A stretch of 64,000 nt of DNA from Candidatus Undinarchaeota archaeon (GTDB taxonomy: Archaea > Undinarchaeota > Undinarchaeia > Undinarchaeales > UBA543), in contig CAZWSR010000001.1 of NCBI GenBank assembly GCA_964636545.1, positions 1 to 64,000 on the forward strand. Reading direction: 5' to 3'. Below, piece after piece: positions 1-9,381 of the stretch (positions within the stretch are counted from its first letter, which is position 1; each line of letters opens with the position of its first letter). The translations under genes and the position numbers were made by a program. The notes under the pieces are model-generated. The model was not told the origin of the DNA and did not search any database. It saw nothing but the letters and a program-made list of their open reading frames with translations.

Positions 1-504
1 TGCTTGTGATAATGTAATGTCTCCATAAATTGAACCACGGGCTTTTGCTTCAATATGCAAACGTTCTCTGAGCAATCCAAGAGATGCTTCAATATCATTC
101 AAAGTTGTTCCAGATTCTGTATCATCATCAAAAGTATTTTCTTTAGAATGTGGCAATGAGTGTTTCAAGTTATAATACAACTCACGTTTTCCAACAGTGC
201 GGTCCATGCCAATATATTCCTTGCACGCTGCTGCAATCAACATTGACTGCATGAATTTGCGAGTGTGAGCAACATTCAAAAATCGCCTACTACCGCGCTT
301 GTCACCAAGACGGAGCACACTTGCTTTTTCATCAAATGAAATATTATTTTTTGCACGAATTGGTAGAGTAAATTCTGGAGGAGATTCTGTTTTAATTTCA
401 TTTGCAATTGTTTTTCCAAAATCTTCCAAAGTTTTTATGGATGACGCTGCCATTTTGTCTTCGCGTTTTTTTGCATCTTTTTTTACTTCTTTTTTAGGTG
501 CCAT
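1..504 (-). CDS. top6A: DNA topoisomerase VI subunit A (5' part, runs off window)
   Basis: Manual translation MAPKKEVKK...FTLPIRAKNNISFDEK..LRLGDKRGSRRFLNVAHTRKFMQ; ATG overlaps the top6B stop (TAATG). Confidence 0.9.
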   Translation of the reverse strand, partial: MAPKKEVKKDAKKREDKMAASSIKTLEDFGKTIANEIKTESPPEFTLPIRAKNNISFDEKASVLRLGDKRGSRRFLNVAHTRKFMQSMLIAAACKEYIGMDRTVGKRELYYNLKHSLPHSKENTFDDDTESGTTLNDIEASLGLLRERLHIEAKARGSIYGDITLSQA

Positions 505-2183
505 TATTCTTCACTCTCCTCTTCAGTAGCTTCCTCAGCTTCTGGTTTTGGTTCCTCACTAGCTGGTGGCTCAGTTTCTTCATCTTCTTCTTTAAATTCT
601 TCGCCAAAGCGCTCAAGCACGATTTTGTGAAGCTTTTTCTCAAGTTCTTCAACTTTTGCTCCACATAAATTGGAAATTGCTTTTGCTGTTTCAGGAACAT
701 ATCTCTCAAACATTTTCTTTTTTGCATCCCGCTCTGCAGCTCTTCGTTTTCCTGACAAGTATTTCTGCAGAATTCTGCCAATTTGCATTAGCGCGAATCT
801 GACTTCAGTTGTAATTTCTTCTTCAGATGCAACTGCTTGTTTTCCAGCTGAAGTGTAGGGAACGTGAGTTGAAACTAAATTAATGAAAATTGTAACTGAA
901 GAATTTTCAATATCAACAAACTTGTATCTGCGCCAGTCAATTGAATTCATTGATTTGCTAAGTGCACAAGAACCAGCATCAAATAAAAGTGGTGCGCGGT
1001 TTGCGAATCGCATAATTTCCAAGCGTTTGCCATCTGGAGTTTCTCGTCCTGCATTTCCACCATAAGCAATTGCGGCTTCAACAAGAAAAGGAATTCCACC
1101 TTTGTAAGTTGTTGGAGCACGAGTTAGTGATTCAAGTAATTCTGGATTAACAAGATTTTTCAAAGCTGCTTTGATTGTGTTTTCGCCAATTGGGATAAGA
1201 CCGCTACTTGGCGGAGCCATGAACTTGACTTTTTTAATTGCCTGACGAAGTTCTTCTGCTTCATTCCATTCCATTCTTTTTGGACTTTTGCGCATGTCAA
1301 ATTCTGGTTTGCCCTCTTTTGTTCGATCTTCATCAATTATTTTTTTAATTTCAAGAACTTTTTGTCCGCTTACACGAGACAAATCAGATGAAAGGAATGA
1401 AGAAAGTTGTCTTGCTTTTGACTTGTGCGCCATGTCAAGAATGTCATGAGATTCCAAACCTTCTGGGTGCGGTTTGATTTCAGTAGGACGTTTTGGAATT
1501 TCATTACTAACGCGTTCAAACAAAACCTTGCTCCCTTCAGGATCTTTGAAAAAGATTTGTGCGTGTGGATTAGATGCAGCTGTCCATCGTAGATATTCAA
1601 ATGGACCTTTCTGACCTTTTGTGTAATTTACACCTTTAAATTGTGATTCAACAATTGTTCCGCGCCAATTATCATCATAAACCTCTTTATCCATGATTTT
1701 CGGAGAATTTGTCTTAATATCCATCTCAACCTTGGCAGTTACGACTTTTCCCTTGCCAGTGCTTGATTTAACGCGTGTTGGCTGTCCTGTGGTGATTTGT
1801 GAGAACAAAACTGCTCCAGAAACACCAAGACCTTGCTGTCCACGCAGCTGAATGTTCCTGTGGAATTTCGTTCCTGTTAAAAGAGAACCAAATACGTGTT
1901 CCAAGTGTTTTTCAGGAATTCCAGGACCATTATCTTCAATTAGAACTTTGTAATGCTCATCACCGAGCTGGACAATTTCTACCTTAATATCTGGAAGAAT
2001 TCCAGATTCTTCGCAAGCATCAAGAGAATTGGAAACAAGTTCGTGAATTACTGTTGTCAATGATTTAATTTTTCCAACATATCCTAGATATTGACGATTC
2101 TTACTAAAGAACTCACTAAGCGGAACGCTTCTGAACTCTTTAAAGAGTGATTCTGCACTAACTGCTTTTTCTTTTGGAGCCAT
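504..2183 (-). CDS. top6B: DNA topoisomerase VI subunit B
   Basis: GHKL motifs HELVSNSLDA, EDNGPGI, RGQQGLG; RFANRAPLL; VPYTSAGKQ. Start placed at MAPKEK (2183). Confidence 0.96.
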   Translation of the reverse strand: MAPKEKAVSAESLFKEFRSVPLSEFFSKNRQYLGYVGKIKSLTTVIHELVSNSLDACEESGILPDIKVEIVQLGDEHYKVLIEDNGPGIPEKHLEHVFGSLLTGTKFHRNIQLRGQQGLGVSGAVLFSQITTGQPTRVKSSTGKGKVVTAKVEMDIKTNSPKIMDKEVYDDNWRGTIVESQFKGVNYTKGQKGPFEYLRWTAASNPHAQIFFKDPEGSKVLFERVSNEIPKRPTEIKPHPEGLESHDILDMAHKSKARQLSSFLSSDLSRVSGQKVLEIKKIIDEDRTKEGKPEFDMRKSPKRMEWNEAEELRQAIKKVKFMAPPSSGLIPIGENTIKAALKNLVNPELLESLTRAPTTYKGGIPFLVEAAIAYGGNAGRETPDGKRLEIMRFANRAPLLFDAGSCALSKSMNSIDWRRYKFVDIENSSVTIFINLVSTHVPYTSAGKQAVASEEEITTEVRFALMQIGRILQKYLSGKRRAAERDAKKKMFERYVPETAKAISNLCGAKVEELEKKLHKIVLERFGEEFKEEDEETEPPASEEPKPEAEEATEEESEE

Positions 2184-2187
2184 TTGA

Positions 2188-2730
2188 TTATGATTTAAGA
2201 GCTTTTTTATGAGCTTTTTCCAACATTGTAAATGCGGGACCATGTTTTGAACCGCTTGCAAGCATGTCAACTGCTCTTGCTGCAAGATGAACATTGTCAA
2301 TTGAACCAATTATGCACACGGTTTTTCCATAAACAACTATGTGAGTGTTTGTATTTTGTTCAATGCTCTGACGACTCTTTCCATGTTTTCCAATGATTCG
2401 TCCGCGAATGCGAATTAAGGCATTTTTTGTTTTGCCAATATAATCCTTCAGACTTATGATTTTGAGTTCTTTGTTGTGATCAAGGAGTTCCAATGCAATT
2501 TCAGGTTCAAAACCGCGACCAATTGCCTTAACTACATCTCTTGCACGCCATAAGGAAAGCGGGTCGTTGTTGTTTTCGCCTGCAGTTATAACAATTTCAC
2601 CAGTTTCATTATCAAATTCAATTTCCGTATGCGTAGAGTTTTCTATGAGTTTTTTGATTTTTTCCTGATCAGCTAATAAAAGGTCTAGCCTCTCCTCAGG
2701 AATTTTAACATATTCAGCCACTTTAATCAC
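2188..2730 (-). CDS. KH-domain rRNA-processing protein (Dim2/Pno1/Krr1 family)
   Basis: KAIGRGF, RGRIIGKHGK (GxxG), VYGKTV; sits in the aIF1A-Rio1-KH-Top6 neighbourhood. Confidence 0.92.
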   Translation of the reverse strand: MIKVAEYVKIPEERLDLLLADQEKIKKLIENSTHTEIEFDNETGEIVITAGENNNDPLSLWRARDVVKAIGRGFEPEIALELLDHNKELKIISLKDYIGKTKNALIRIRGRIIGKHGKSRQSIEQNTNTHIVVYGKTVCIIGSIDNVHLAARAVDMLASGSKHGPAFTMLEKAHKKALKS

Positions 2731-2826
2731 AAATTGTTAATTAAAGTTTTGACTTGGTGGTTTATATAGTTAACCCAGTTACAGGATAGCGGTTTTTGGT
2801 TTATTAGATAATTTAAAAATCATAAA

Positions 2827-3540
2827 TCATGCCTTAGTTATCGCATTCTTAATCTTCAAATCATCAATTTCAATGCCATGTTTTTTGAAAAATCGTGCTA
2901 AAACTTCGCAATCGCGATTTAATAATTCCTCACCACGGAAATGCTCCTTTAGCATTGATTGTCCAAAATCAATAAGCACTGGTTTTTCATCCTTAATCAG
3001 AATATTGAATTCACTCATATCACCGTGAACAAGTCCGGCACTTTTGTAAAGATTATGCAGAGCATCCACAACTCCGTTGTAAACAGTTTGCAAATCTTCA
3101 GGAATATAATCATGTAATTCAGAAGCAGGTTGTTCATTACCAATAAAACTCATTACAAGAACATTTTTCATTACTGCAATTGGTTTTGGACAAGGAACAC
3201 TAGCTTTGAAAGCGCGTTTCAAGTTCTGGAATTCTTTCTTAGCCCAAACTAGAATAAGATCGTACTTCGCCTGTCTCACATCAAAACGAGGATCGCCCTC
3301 AAGATACGGCATCATTTTCTTGAAGGAAGAAGTTTCAATTCTGTAAATCTTTACAGCAAGCTTCTCCTCACCCAGATAAGCTCGATAAACATTTGCTTCT
3401 TTTCCAACAGCGATTGGACCACCGATTTTGTCAAGATGCCCCTGGCGCATTAACTTGTGAAGAACATTCATTGTATTTACATCAAAAACGCCGTCCTCAA
3501 GCTTTCTTTCAATCTTTTTTGTTCGTTTGTCAATAGCCAT
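2827..3540 (-). CDS. rio1: RIO1 family serine kinase
   Basis: GKEANVY, AVKIYR, LVHGDMSEFNIL, IDFGQ. Confidence 0.95.
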   Translation of the reverse strand: MAIDKRTKKIERKLEDGVFDVNTMNVLHKLMRQGHLDKIGGPIAVGKEANVYRAYLGEEKLAVKIYRIETSSFKKMMPYLEGDPRFDVRQAKYDLILVWAKKEFQNLKRAFKASVPCPKPIAVMKNVLVMSFIGNEQPASELHDYIPEDLQTVYNGVVDALHNLYKSAGLVHGDMSEFNILIKDEKPVLIDFGQSMLKEHFRGEELLNRDCEVLARFFKKHGIEIDDLKIKNAITKA

Positions 3541-3566
3541 TAAACAAAAATAAGCAGAAGTAGTAT

Positions 3567-4067
3567 TTATACCATCAGGTCTTCTTGCTTCATCAGACCT
3601 TGTCGCAAAAGCTGAGCAACTTGATTTTTCTTATACCGATACAAATAATCGCCTTTTTCATTTTCCTGAACAGTCCATCTTTGCACTAACACAACATCAC
3701 CTAGTCTGACTCGCAATTTGTACCTAATTTTTCCAGGAATTCTACACATCCGAGTGTGTCCGTCAATGCATTTTACTAAAAGTTTAGAACCGTAATTTTC
3801 CTCAATAACGCCAAGAACCTCTCTCTTCCATTTTTTTGGCATCCGAACACGGACAACATATTCCTCACTCTGTGGATTTCCAGGTTGAAAACCAAATCTT
3901 GGTGCAGTTGCAGTATTTGTTTTCCCAGGAGAAGTAACTGGTTTTGGAGTTGTGTCTTTCTTATTTGAAACTTCTTTGCTAGCAATATGGTTAGAAGTTG
4001 GGTTAGAGGACGCCAGACCACGATCTTGTCCAACTTTTTTCTTTGCTCCAGGTATTGCTTCTTGCAT
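3567..4067 (-). CDS. eif1a: Translation initiation factor aIF-1A with long disordered N-terminal extension
   Basis: VKCIDGHTRMCRIPGKIR..RLGDVVLV..W..KGD..YRY. Confidence 0.9.
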   Translation of the reverse strand: MQEAIPGAKKKVGQDRGLASSNPTSNHIASKEVSNKKDTTPKPVTSPGKTNTATAPRFGFQPGNPQSEEYVVRVRMPKKWKREVLGVIEENYGSKLLVKCIDGHTRMCRIPGKIRYKLRVRLGDVVLVQRWTVQENEKGDYLYRYKKNQVAQLLRQGLMKQEDLMV

Positions 4068-4716
4068 AGCGTTTTAGTTCAATGAGCCGTATATTAAGCT
4101 TTTCCCTGGTCTTGCGTGCTGCAAACGAGTGTGGGTTTAGCAACAAGTAGTTCAAAACCGCACTGAAATTACGAGCAGTTCTTACAAATGAACCTTTTTC
4201 AAAGTCAATGAAATAAACGCGGGGGCACCGGGGCGCGGGGGCACCGGGGCGCTGTGTTAATTTTTCGGTGCTCCGGCCCTGCGGCGCCCCAGATACGCGC
4301 ACAATAATATGCTTATCAGCCATACTTAATTCTCCATGATCAATACCAGATTTATCCAAGGTTTCTGCTTGCTTTAATATTTTCAAAACAGCGGACTTAG
4401 CTTGTTTCTTTGTTGCATTTTCAATAAAAGCAGGATATCTTTTTCCATAAACAAATTGCATTGCAACACAATGTTTTGTAACTCCGTAAATCTTTGGTCC
4501 GATTTTGTGCTGGTTTGCCTTTTTGAGAACACTGCTTTCTTTTAGAATCCGATCTTCGGCACTGATTTTTAGAGCAGCGATTTTATTTCCAATTTTAACT
4601 TTGAAAACATGGCCGCGCCAGCCTTTTGCAACAAAACAAATAACTTTTGTAATTCCAAGTTGTTTCAGCTCTTTCTGAATTGGAAAATCCACTTTTTCCT
4701 TTATGATATCAATCAT
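4003..4716 (-). CDS. Predicted RIO-like Ser/Thr kinase carrying an in-frame repeat-derived insertion
   Basis: AKGWRGHVF, ALK, DHGELS...KHII, FIDFE; ATGA overlap with the transporter stop. Confidence 0.8.
   Translation of the reverse strand: MIDIIKEKVDFPIQKELKQLGITKVICFVAKGWRGHVFKVKIGNKIAALKISAEDRILKESSVLKKANQHKIGPKIYGVTKHCVAMQFVYGKRYPAFIENATKKQAKSAVLKILKQAETLDKSGIDHGELSMADKHIIVRVSGAPQGRSTEKLTQRPGAPAPRCPRVYFIDFEKGSFVRTARNFSAVLNYLLLNPHSFAARKTREKLNIRLIELKRYARSNTWSKEKSWTRSWSGVL
4219..4291. repeat. GC-rich 8-bp-period palindromic array inside the kinase CDS
   Basis: GGGGCACC GGGGCGCG GGGGCACC GGGGCGCT ... inverted arm TCGGTGCTCCGG...GGCGCCCC. Confidence 0.8.
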
Positions 4717-6038
4717 GTTACAATACCAACTATAAACACTAAGAACAGCACCAGTGGAATAAAGTATCGTATAATATAAATTATCCAATGCGGCATTTTC
4801 AATCTTGTGTGCTTGTTAACTGCATTAATGAATTTCTTTGAACTCCAGAACCATGAAACAGTTATTGTGAAAATTAATGCAACAATTGGAAGCGTGAGTG
4901 AGCCAATCACATAATCAATCCCATCCAAAAATGGTTTTCCAAGAACTGAAAAACCAACTGAACTATAGCTGAGAACAGATGGAATACCAACTGCAAGCGC
5001 AATTGCGTAAATAATCCCAGTAGCTTTTCTACGTTTCATTCCATACTCGTCAATAAGTGAAGAAACACAACCTTCCCCAATTGAAATTGCTGAAGTTAAT
5101 CCAGTTAAGAATAAGAGAAGGAAAAAGATTGCACCGAAAACGCGGCCAAATGGAATTAGTGAAAACACTTTTGGAAGAGCTATAAACGCTAGCTCTGGCC
5201 CTTGGGCTGGGTTTAGTCCAAGAGAAAACACAAGTGGGAAAATCACTAAACCAGCAATTATTGCAATAATAGTGTCGCTAATGCTGATTGTGATTGCAGT
5301 AAGTGGAATATCCAATTTGCGGTCAGCATAACTTGCATAAGTCATTAGAAGGCCGAAGCCAACGCCGATTGAAAAGAATGCCTGGCTGAAAGCAAAAATC
5401 CAGATTTTCGGATCAGCAAGCATTGAGAAATTCGGAGTTAGGAAAAACTTGACACCAGCCATTGCATTTGGAAGTGTTAATGCTCTGATAAGCAAAATTA
5501 TTAGAAAAATAAAAACAATTGGCATTGTATATTTGCACAATTTTTCAATGCCTTTTTTTATTCCAAGTGAGTCAACAACAAACAAGATTGCAATACACGC
5601 AAGGAAAAATAATATTGGAAGGAGCGAACTGCTAAAACTAGCAAATGTTCCGTATCCAGTAAATGAAAAAATGAAGTATGCAAGAATCCAGCCAACGATT
5701 ACAACATAATAGCTCAGGATTGCCAGAAGAATGACCATGAAAAACCAGCCAAGGAATTTTGTTCTTGCTCCAAGTTTTTTGAAAAAGTGGAGGATTGATG
5801 TTTGGAATTCCCACCCAGCTGCAAATTCAAGAAGAACAACTGGAAACGCAATTAAAACAACAGCAATCAAATAAGGAATTAAAAAGGCTCCGCCACCGTT
5901 TTTGCCTGCAAGATATGGAAAACGCCAAATGTTTCCAATTCCAACTGCAGATGCAATTACTGCGAATATGAAACCGAGTTTTGACCATTGCTCTCTTTTA
6001 ACAACTTTTTTCAAAATTGGTTTCTGTTCCTCAACCAT
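4713..6038 (-). CDS. Sodium-dependent transporter, NSS/SNF family
   Basis: REQWS..GF, AVGIGNIWRFPY, NGGGAFLIPY, QAFFS, GPELAF; multiple TM helices. Confidence 0.95.
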   Translation of the reverse strand: MVEEQKPILKKVVKREQWSKLGFIFAVIASAVGIGNIWRFPYLAGKNGGGAFLIPYLIAVVLIAFPVVLLEFAAGWEFQTSILHFFKKLGARTKFLGWFFMVILLAILSYYVVIVGWILAYFIFSFTGYGTFASFSSSLLPILFFLACIAILFVVDSLGIKKGIEKLCKYTMPIVFIFLIILLIRALTLPNAMAGVKFFLTPNFSMLADPKIWIFAFSQAFFSIGVGFGLLMTYASYADRKLDIPLTAITISISDTIIAIIAGLVIFPLVFSLGLNPAQGPELAFIALPKVFSLIPFGRVFGAIFFLLLFLTGLTSAISIGEGCVSSLIDEYGMKRRKATGIIYAIALAVGIPSVLSYSSVGFSVLGKPFLDGIDYVIGSLTLPIVALIFTITVSWFWSSKKFINAVNKHTRLKMPHWIIYIIRYFIPLVLFLVFIVGIVT

Positions 6039-6080
6039 GAGCTGAGCTAGGCAAGAAGGGTATTAATACTTTTTTAGAAT

Positions 6081-6320
6081 CTAGAACAACATCTCTTCCA
6101 AGTCAGTTTCACCAATATTAACTGTAATTGGTGCTTGTCCAGGAGCTCTTCGCACAACAGTCATTGGAACAATTCTCTTTTTAAATTCTGCAACTGCGAT
6201 TTCAGTTGGGTCAGTAATATCTGTCTTAATTAAAATAGGTGCGCCCATTGAAATTTGCAAAGCTCTAGCTCCAATAATTCTAGCTCGTTCAAAACGTGTA
6301 AGTTTGTTTACTGTGTACAT
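6081..6320 (-). CDS. rpoK: RNA polymerase subunit Rpo6 (K)
   Basis: [22 protein letters not shown]. Confidence 0.97.
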   Translation of the reverse strand: MYTVNKLTRFERARIIGARALQISMGAPILIKTDITDPTEIAVAEFKKRIVPMTVVRRAPGQAPITVNIGETDLEEMLF

Positions 6321-6416
6321 TTGAGTATTATAATGGATTATGAGGGGTTATATAAAGGTTCGGTAATTGCAGAAAGAGGATAGATTTTTAAAGATACAAT
6401 AACTACCCAAATTATT

Positions 6417-6767
6417 ATGAAAATCACTGGAAATATTGTAAAACACTTTATTTTTGAAATACTGATGATTTGTGGCGGACTAGCTGCAATATCAATTCTT
6501 CACACAAATACAATGGCATTGACACTTGCTATGATTTTGATTGGAGCACTAATGCTCAAATTTTGGCATAAAAAATTAGATATATTATTTTTTGTAACAG
6601 CAGCAATAATAGGGCCTATTGGCGAAATTGTGTCTATTCAATCAGGAGTTTGGAATTATAGTATTCAGCATATTTGGGGAATTCCACTTTGGCTGCCACT
6701 TGTTTGGGGATTCTCATTTTTAATGATAAAAAGAGTTTCTAATACGCTTTCAAGAATAGAATTATAA
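6417..6767 (+). CDS. Small membrane protein (DUF2878-like)
   Basis: Four TM segments, GPIGE...GVWNY...GIPLWLPLVWG. Confidence 0.65.
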   Translation: MKITGNIVKHFIFEILMICGGLAAISILHTNTMALTLAMILIGALMLKFWHKKLDILFFVTAAIIGPIGEIVSIQSGVWNYSIQHIWGIPLWLPLVWGFSFLMIKRVSNTLSRIEL

Positions 6768-7562
6768 ACTAATACACTGAGCATGTGGAGTTACTTTAAA
6801 TATTTCTTCATAATTTTTAGAAGCTTCACAAAATCTTTTTGAATCTCCTCAATAACTGCACAATTTTTTGGATTATCAAATAGAATATCTGCGGCAACAT
6901 CTAAAAGTTCTGACCATCGCTCTTTTTTCTCTTCTGCAGAAAGCTCTTCAATTTCACCATATTTTTCACGTATTTTTTTAGAGGCAGCCACATCATCTTT
7001 TTCGTCATAGAATATATTAAATTCAACTGGAAGAACTCTATTTTTAAAATCACCAATATAAAACGCTGGTGTAATAGAATTAAGATGAATTTCAAAAATC
7101 TTTTTGTTAGTTAAGGGGAGCCCATATCTTTTTAGTTGTTCACCCCACTTAGGAACTTCTTTAATAAACTTTTTTAATTTTGAAGGATATGATGTTTTTG
7201 AAAAAGACATAAGGAAAAAAGAAGCAGATTCAAAAAAAGTTGGAGTAGATTCCTTAAAGAATTGACTTGAGTCTGCAACATGAGTTTCATGGACATCAAT
7301 AATTGCATCTATATTTTCATTTAACCCATTACAATGATTTAGAATAGTTTCTCCAATTGATTTAGAATTATGATCCTCTATCAATGAAAGATCTAAAAAA
7401 TCAAAAAAAGGATCATCTGCAAAAACTGCTTCAAGATATTTACCAGTAAGATACGCAACACATTCTTTTTTGTGAACTCCATACATTATGAGAATCATAA
7501 TAATTAGAAGAAGAAACTAGCATTTAAACTTTTCACAAACTAATACACTGCGCGTGAGGAGT
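6762..7562. mobile_element. Putative integrated single-gene cassette bounded by a duplicated DUF424 3' end
   Basis: 6762-6791 and 7533-7562 are 25/30 identical and both encode TPHAQCISL* on the minus strand. Confidence 0.75.
6791..7498 (-). CDS. Hypothetical protein (very AT-rich orphan)
   Basis: 235-aa ORF; IDAIIDVHE weakly resembles the M14/desuccinylase Zn motif. Confidence 0.6.
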   Translation of the reverse strand: MILIMYGVHKKECVAYLTGKYLEAVFADDPFFDFLDLSLIEDHNSKSIGETILNHCNGLNENIDAIIDVHETHVADSSQFFKESTPTFFESASFFLMSFSKTSYPSKLKKFIKEVPKWGEQLKRYGLPLTNKKIFEIHLNSITPAFYIGDFKNRVLPVEFNIFYDEKDDVAASKKIREKYGEIEELSAEEKKERWSELLDVAADILFDNPKNCAVIEEIQKDFVKLLKIMKKYLK

Positions 7563-7829
7563 TCCTTGAATTCGAATAATATGCTCATCAGTAATCAATC
7601 CCATTTCTTTTGCTTTTCCAATAACTCTTTCCCCAACTAAATTAGCAATATTGCAATTTTTCAATTTCTCTTCAAGTTGTTCAAGCAAAATTGTTTCACC
7701 ACCATAATAAGTTGGATCAACATGAATTTGCAACTCACCTTCCTCAAAAGTCTGACCTAGCAATTCCTTGTCGCAGGCAGCTAATACAACTGTTCCTTCC
7801 ATTGATTTTTGAATTTTTATTGAGACCAT
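7533..7829 (-). CDS. DUF424 family protein
   Basis: VLAACDKELLG..F.EG, ANLVGERVI..A, I.GTPHAQ. Confidence 0.9.
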   Translation of the reverse strand: MVSIKIQKSMEGTVVLAACDKELLGQTFEEGELQIHVDPTYYGGETILLEQLEEKLKNCNIANLVGERVIGKAKEMGLITDEHIIRIQGTPHAQCISL

Positions 7830-7836
7830 TTTTACT

Positions 7837-7894
7837 TGTTATTCGTTATTGGTTGTTCGTTATTCGTTACGAAAAACGAATGACGAAAGACGAA
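7837..7894. repeat. Heptamer palindromic array (TTATTCG)n/(AACGAAT)n
   Basis: About 4 units of TTRTTSG followed by about 4 inverted RACGAAW units. Confidence 0.8.
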
Positions 7895-8224
7895 TTACTT
7901 TTTTCCACCCCCTTCCTCTATTAAATACTTTTCAATCTCCGCAACTTTCGGCATAAGAGTTGCGAAAGTATCATCATCTGATTTTGATTTGTAAGCAGAC
8001 CAGTCAGCAAGCAAAACAAACAAGTTTGCAGTTGAGCCAACCCCATTCAGCACAACAGCATATCCTTTTTGACGAACATCTTTGTATGCAGTAATTGGAA
8101 CTTTTGTTCTAGGATTTCCTTCAATTTGTGACCATAAAGAGTCTAATGCATCTTCCTCAACTTTAACAAAATACTTTTTGTACTTGCTTTCTGCGATGAT
8201 TGTTTCAAATTTTTTTGATTTCAT
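7895..8224 (-). CDS. Hypothetical protein
   Basis: 109-aa ORF bracketed by two heptamer palindromes. Confidence 0.65.
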   Translation of the reverse strand: MKSKKFETIIAESKYKKYFVKVEEDALDSLWSQIEGNPRTKVPITAYKDVRQKGYAVVLNGVGSTANLFVLLADWSAYKSKSDDDTFATLMPKVAEIEKYLIEEGGGKK

Positions 8225-8246
8225 TTTTATTGGTTAAATTTGTGAA

Positions 8247-8323
8247 GGTATCGGGGATCGGGTGTCGGGGATCGGGTGTCGGGGATCGGGCCTGAACCCA
8301 GATACCTGATGCCTGATCCCTGA
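8247..8323. repeat. Heptamer palindromic array (TCGGGGA/TCGGGTG)n / (CCTGATN)n
   Basis: TCGGGGA TCGGGTG x2.5, then CCTGAAC CCAGATA CCTGATG CCTGATC. Confidence 0.85.
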
Positions 8324-8332
8324 GTAGATTAT

Positions 8333-8755
8333 TCAAATTTTCCTTATTGGATATTTAGCAGAACACGCCCTGCACTTTATCCATGGAACGCCCTCAACCA
8401 TTCGCAATTCAGTATCTGGTTTTTTACATTCTTTGCAAATAACAAATTCATTAACATATGTTGCAAGTTTCTGATTCAAAAACGCATTGTTCTTAGCGGT
8501 TTTTAATCGAAGACGATGAGCTTCAAGTTCTCCTCTTGACCCAGTTTCCAGAGCCAAATACTTTTGCAAATGTGCTGTGTCCCTCTCCAGAGTTCTGGCA
8601 ACCTCAGTAAAATTCTTAATTAAAGTCTGATTACCTTCAATAAATGACTCAAACTTAGGCATTTCAAAACGAACTACTTCAACCTCAGTTGTGTCAGGCA
8701 AGCCCTCGCGTGCCCTATTCAATAATTTTTTGTATTCATCTTCAGTTGTCATCAT
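8333..8755 (-). CDS. eif2b: Translation initiation factor aIF-2 beta
   Basis: YKKLLNRA, RFEMP, EGNQTLIKNF, CKEC..PDT...CRAC Zn ribbon. Confidence 0.96.
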   Translation of the reverse strand: MMTTEDEYKKLLNRAREGLPDTTEVEVVRFEMPKFESFIEGNQTLIKNFTEVARTLERDTAHLQKYLALETGSRGELEAHRLRLKTAKNNAFLNQKLATYVNEFVICKECKKPDTELRMVEGVPWIKCRACSAKYPIRKI

Positions 8756-9378
8756 ACTAATTTCAATACTCCTTTTTTTGGCTCAAACATATCTCCCTTG
8801 TGCATCAGATTCTGGACTGCTGTAATCACCAAATTCTCATCTACATCCTTTAAATCTTTTATTAAAGTCTCCATTTTCATTCCTTTGCCACTTCCGAGCT
8901 CTTCAAATTTTTTAAGAATAATTTCCTCCAGTTTTTCAGTCTGAGCTTCGCCGCTTCGCCCCTGCGCCCCTGCGCCCCCGCGCCCCTTAACCTTATTCAA
9001 CTCTATCCTCCTCAACATTTCCCAATTAATATCGACCTTGTTCAAAGCTCTTGGAAGAACATAAACTTCGCCTTGATACTCGTTAATATCGCCAAGAACA
9101 TCAATAATATCGCCAAGCTCAAGTTTCTCAATTTCAGAAACACGATCCTTGAATAATTTGACATTTATTGTTTCAGAAGAATCATCGATTGTGGCACTTG
9201 CAAACGATTTTGTATCAGAAACGAACTTGTCAACAACAGTTCCTAAAACACGGACTTTTGAAATTTTACTACCATCTTTCAAAGCAATTGAACCACCATA
9301 ACCATTTTCATTTGGCTCAAACGTGCCTTCAACAATATCACGTACCCATAATTTCAATGCAGCGCCCTCTGCAGCCAT
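8752..9378 (-). CDS. RPA32-like OB-fold ssDNA-binding protein with C-terminal winged helix
   Basis: KVRVLGTVVDKF, IDDSSETI, DVLGDINEY; C-terminal GDMFEPKKG; octamer-derived GRGGAGAQGR linker. Confidence 0.85.
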   Translation of the reverse strand: MAAEGAALKLWVRDIVEGTFEPNENGYGGSIALKDGSKISKVRVLGTVVDKFVSDTKSFASATIDDSSETINVKLFKDRVSEIEKLELGDIIDVLGDINEYQGEVYVLPRALNKVDINWEMLRRIELNKVKGRGGAGAQGRSGEAQTEKLEEIILKKFEELGSGKGMKMETLIKDLKDVDENLVITAVQNLMHKGDMFEPKKGVLKLV

Positions 9379-9381
9379 TGC

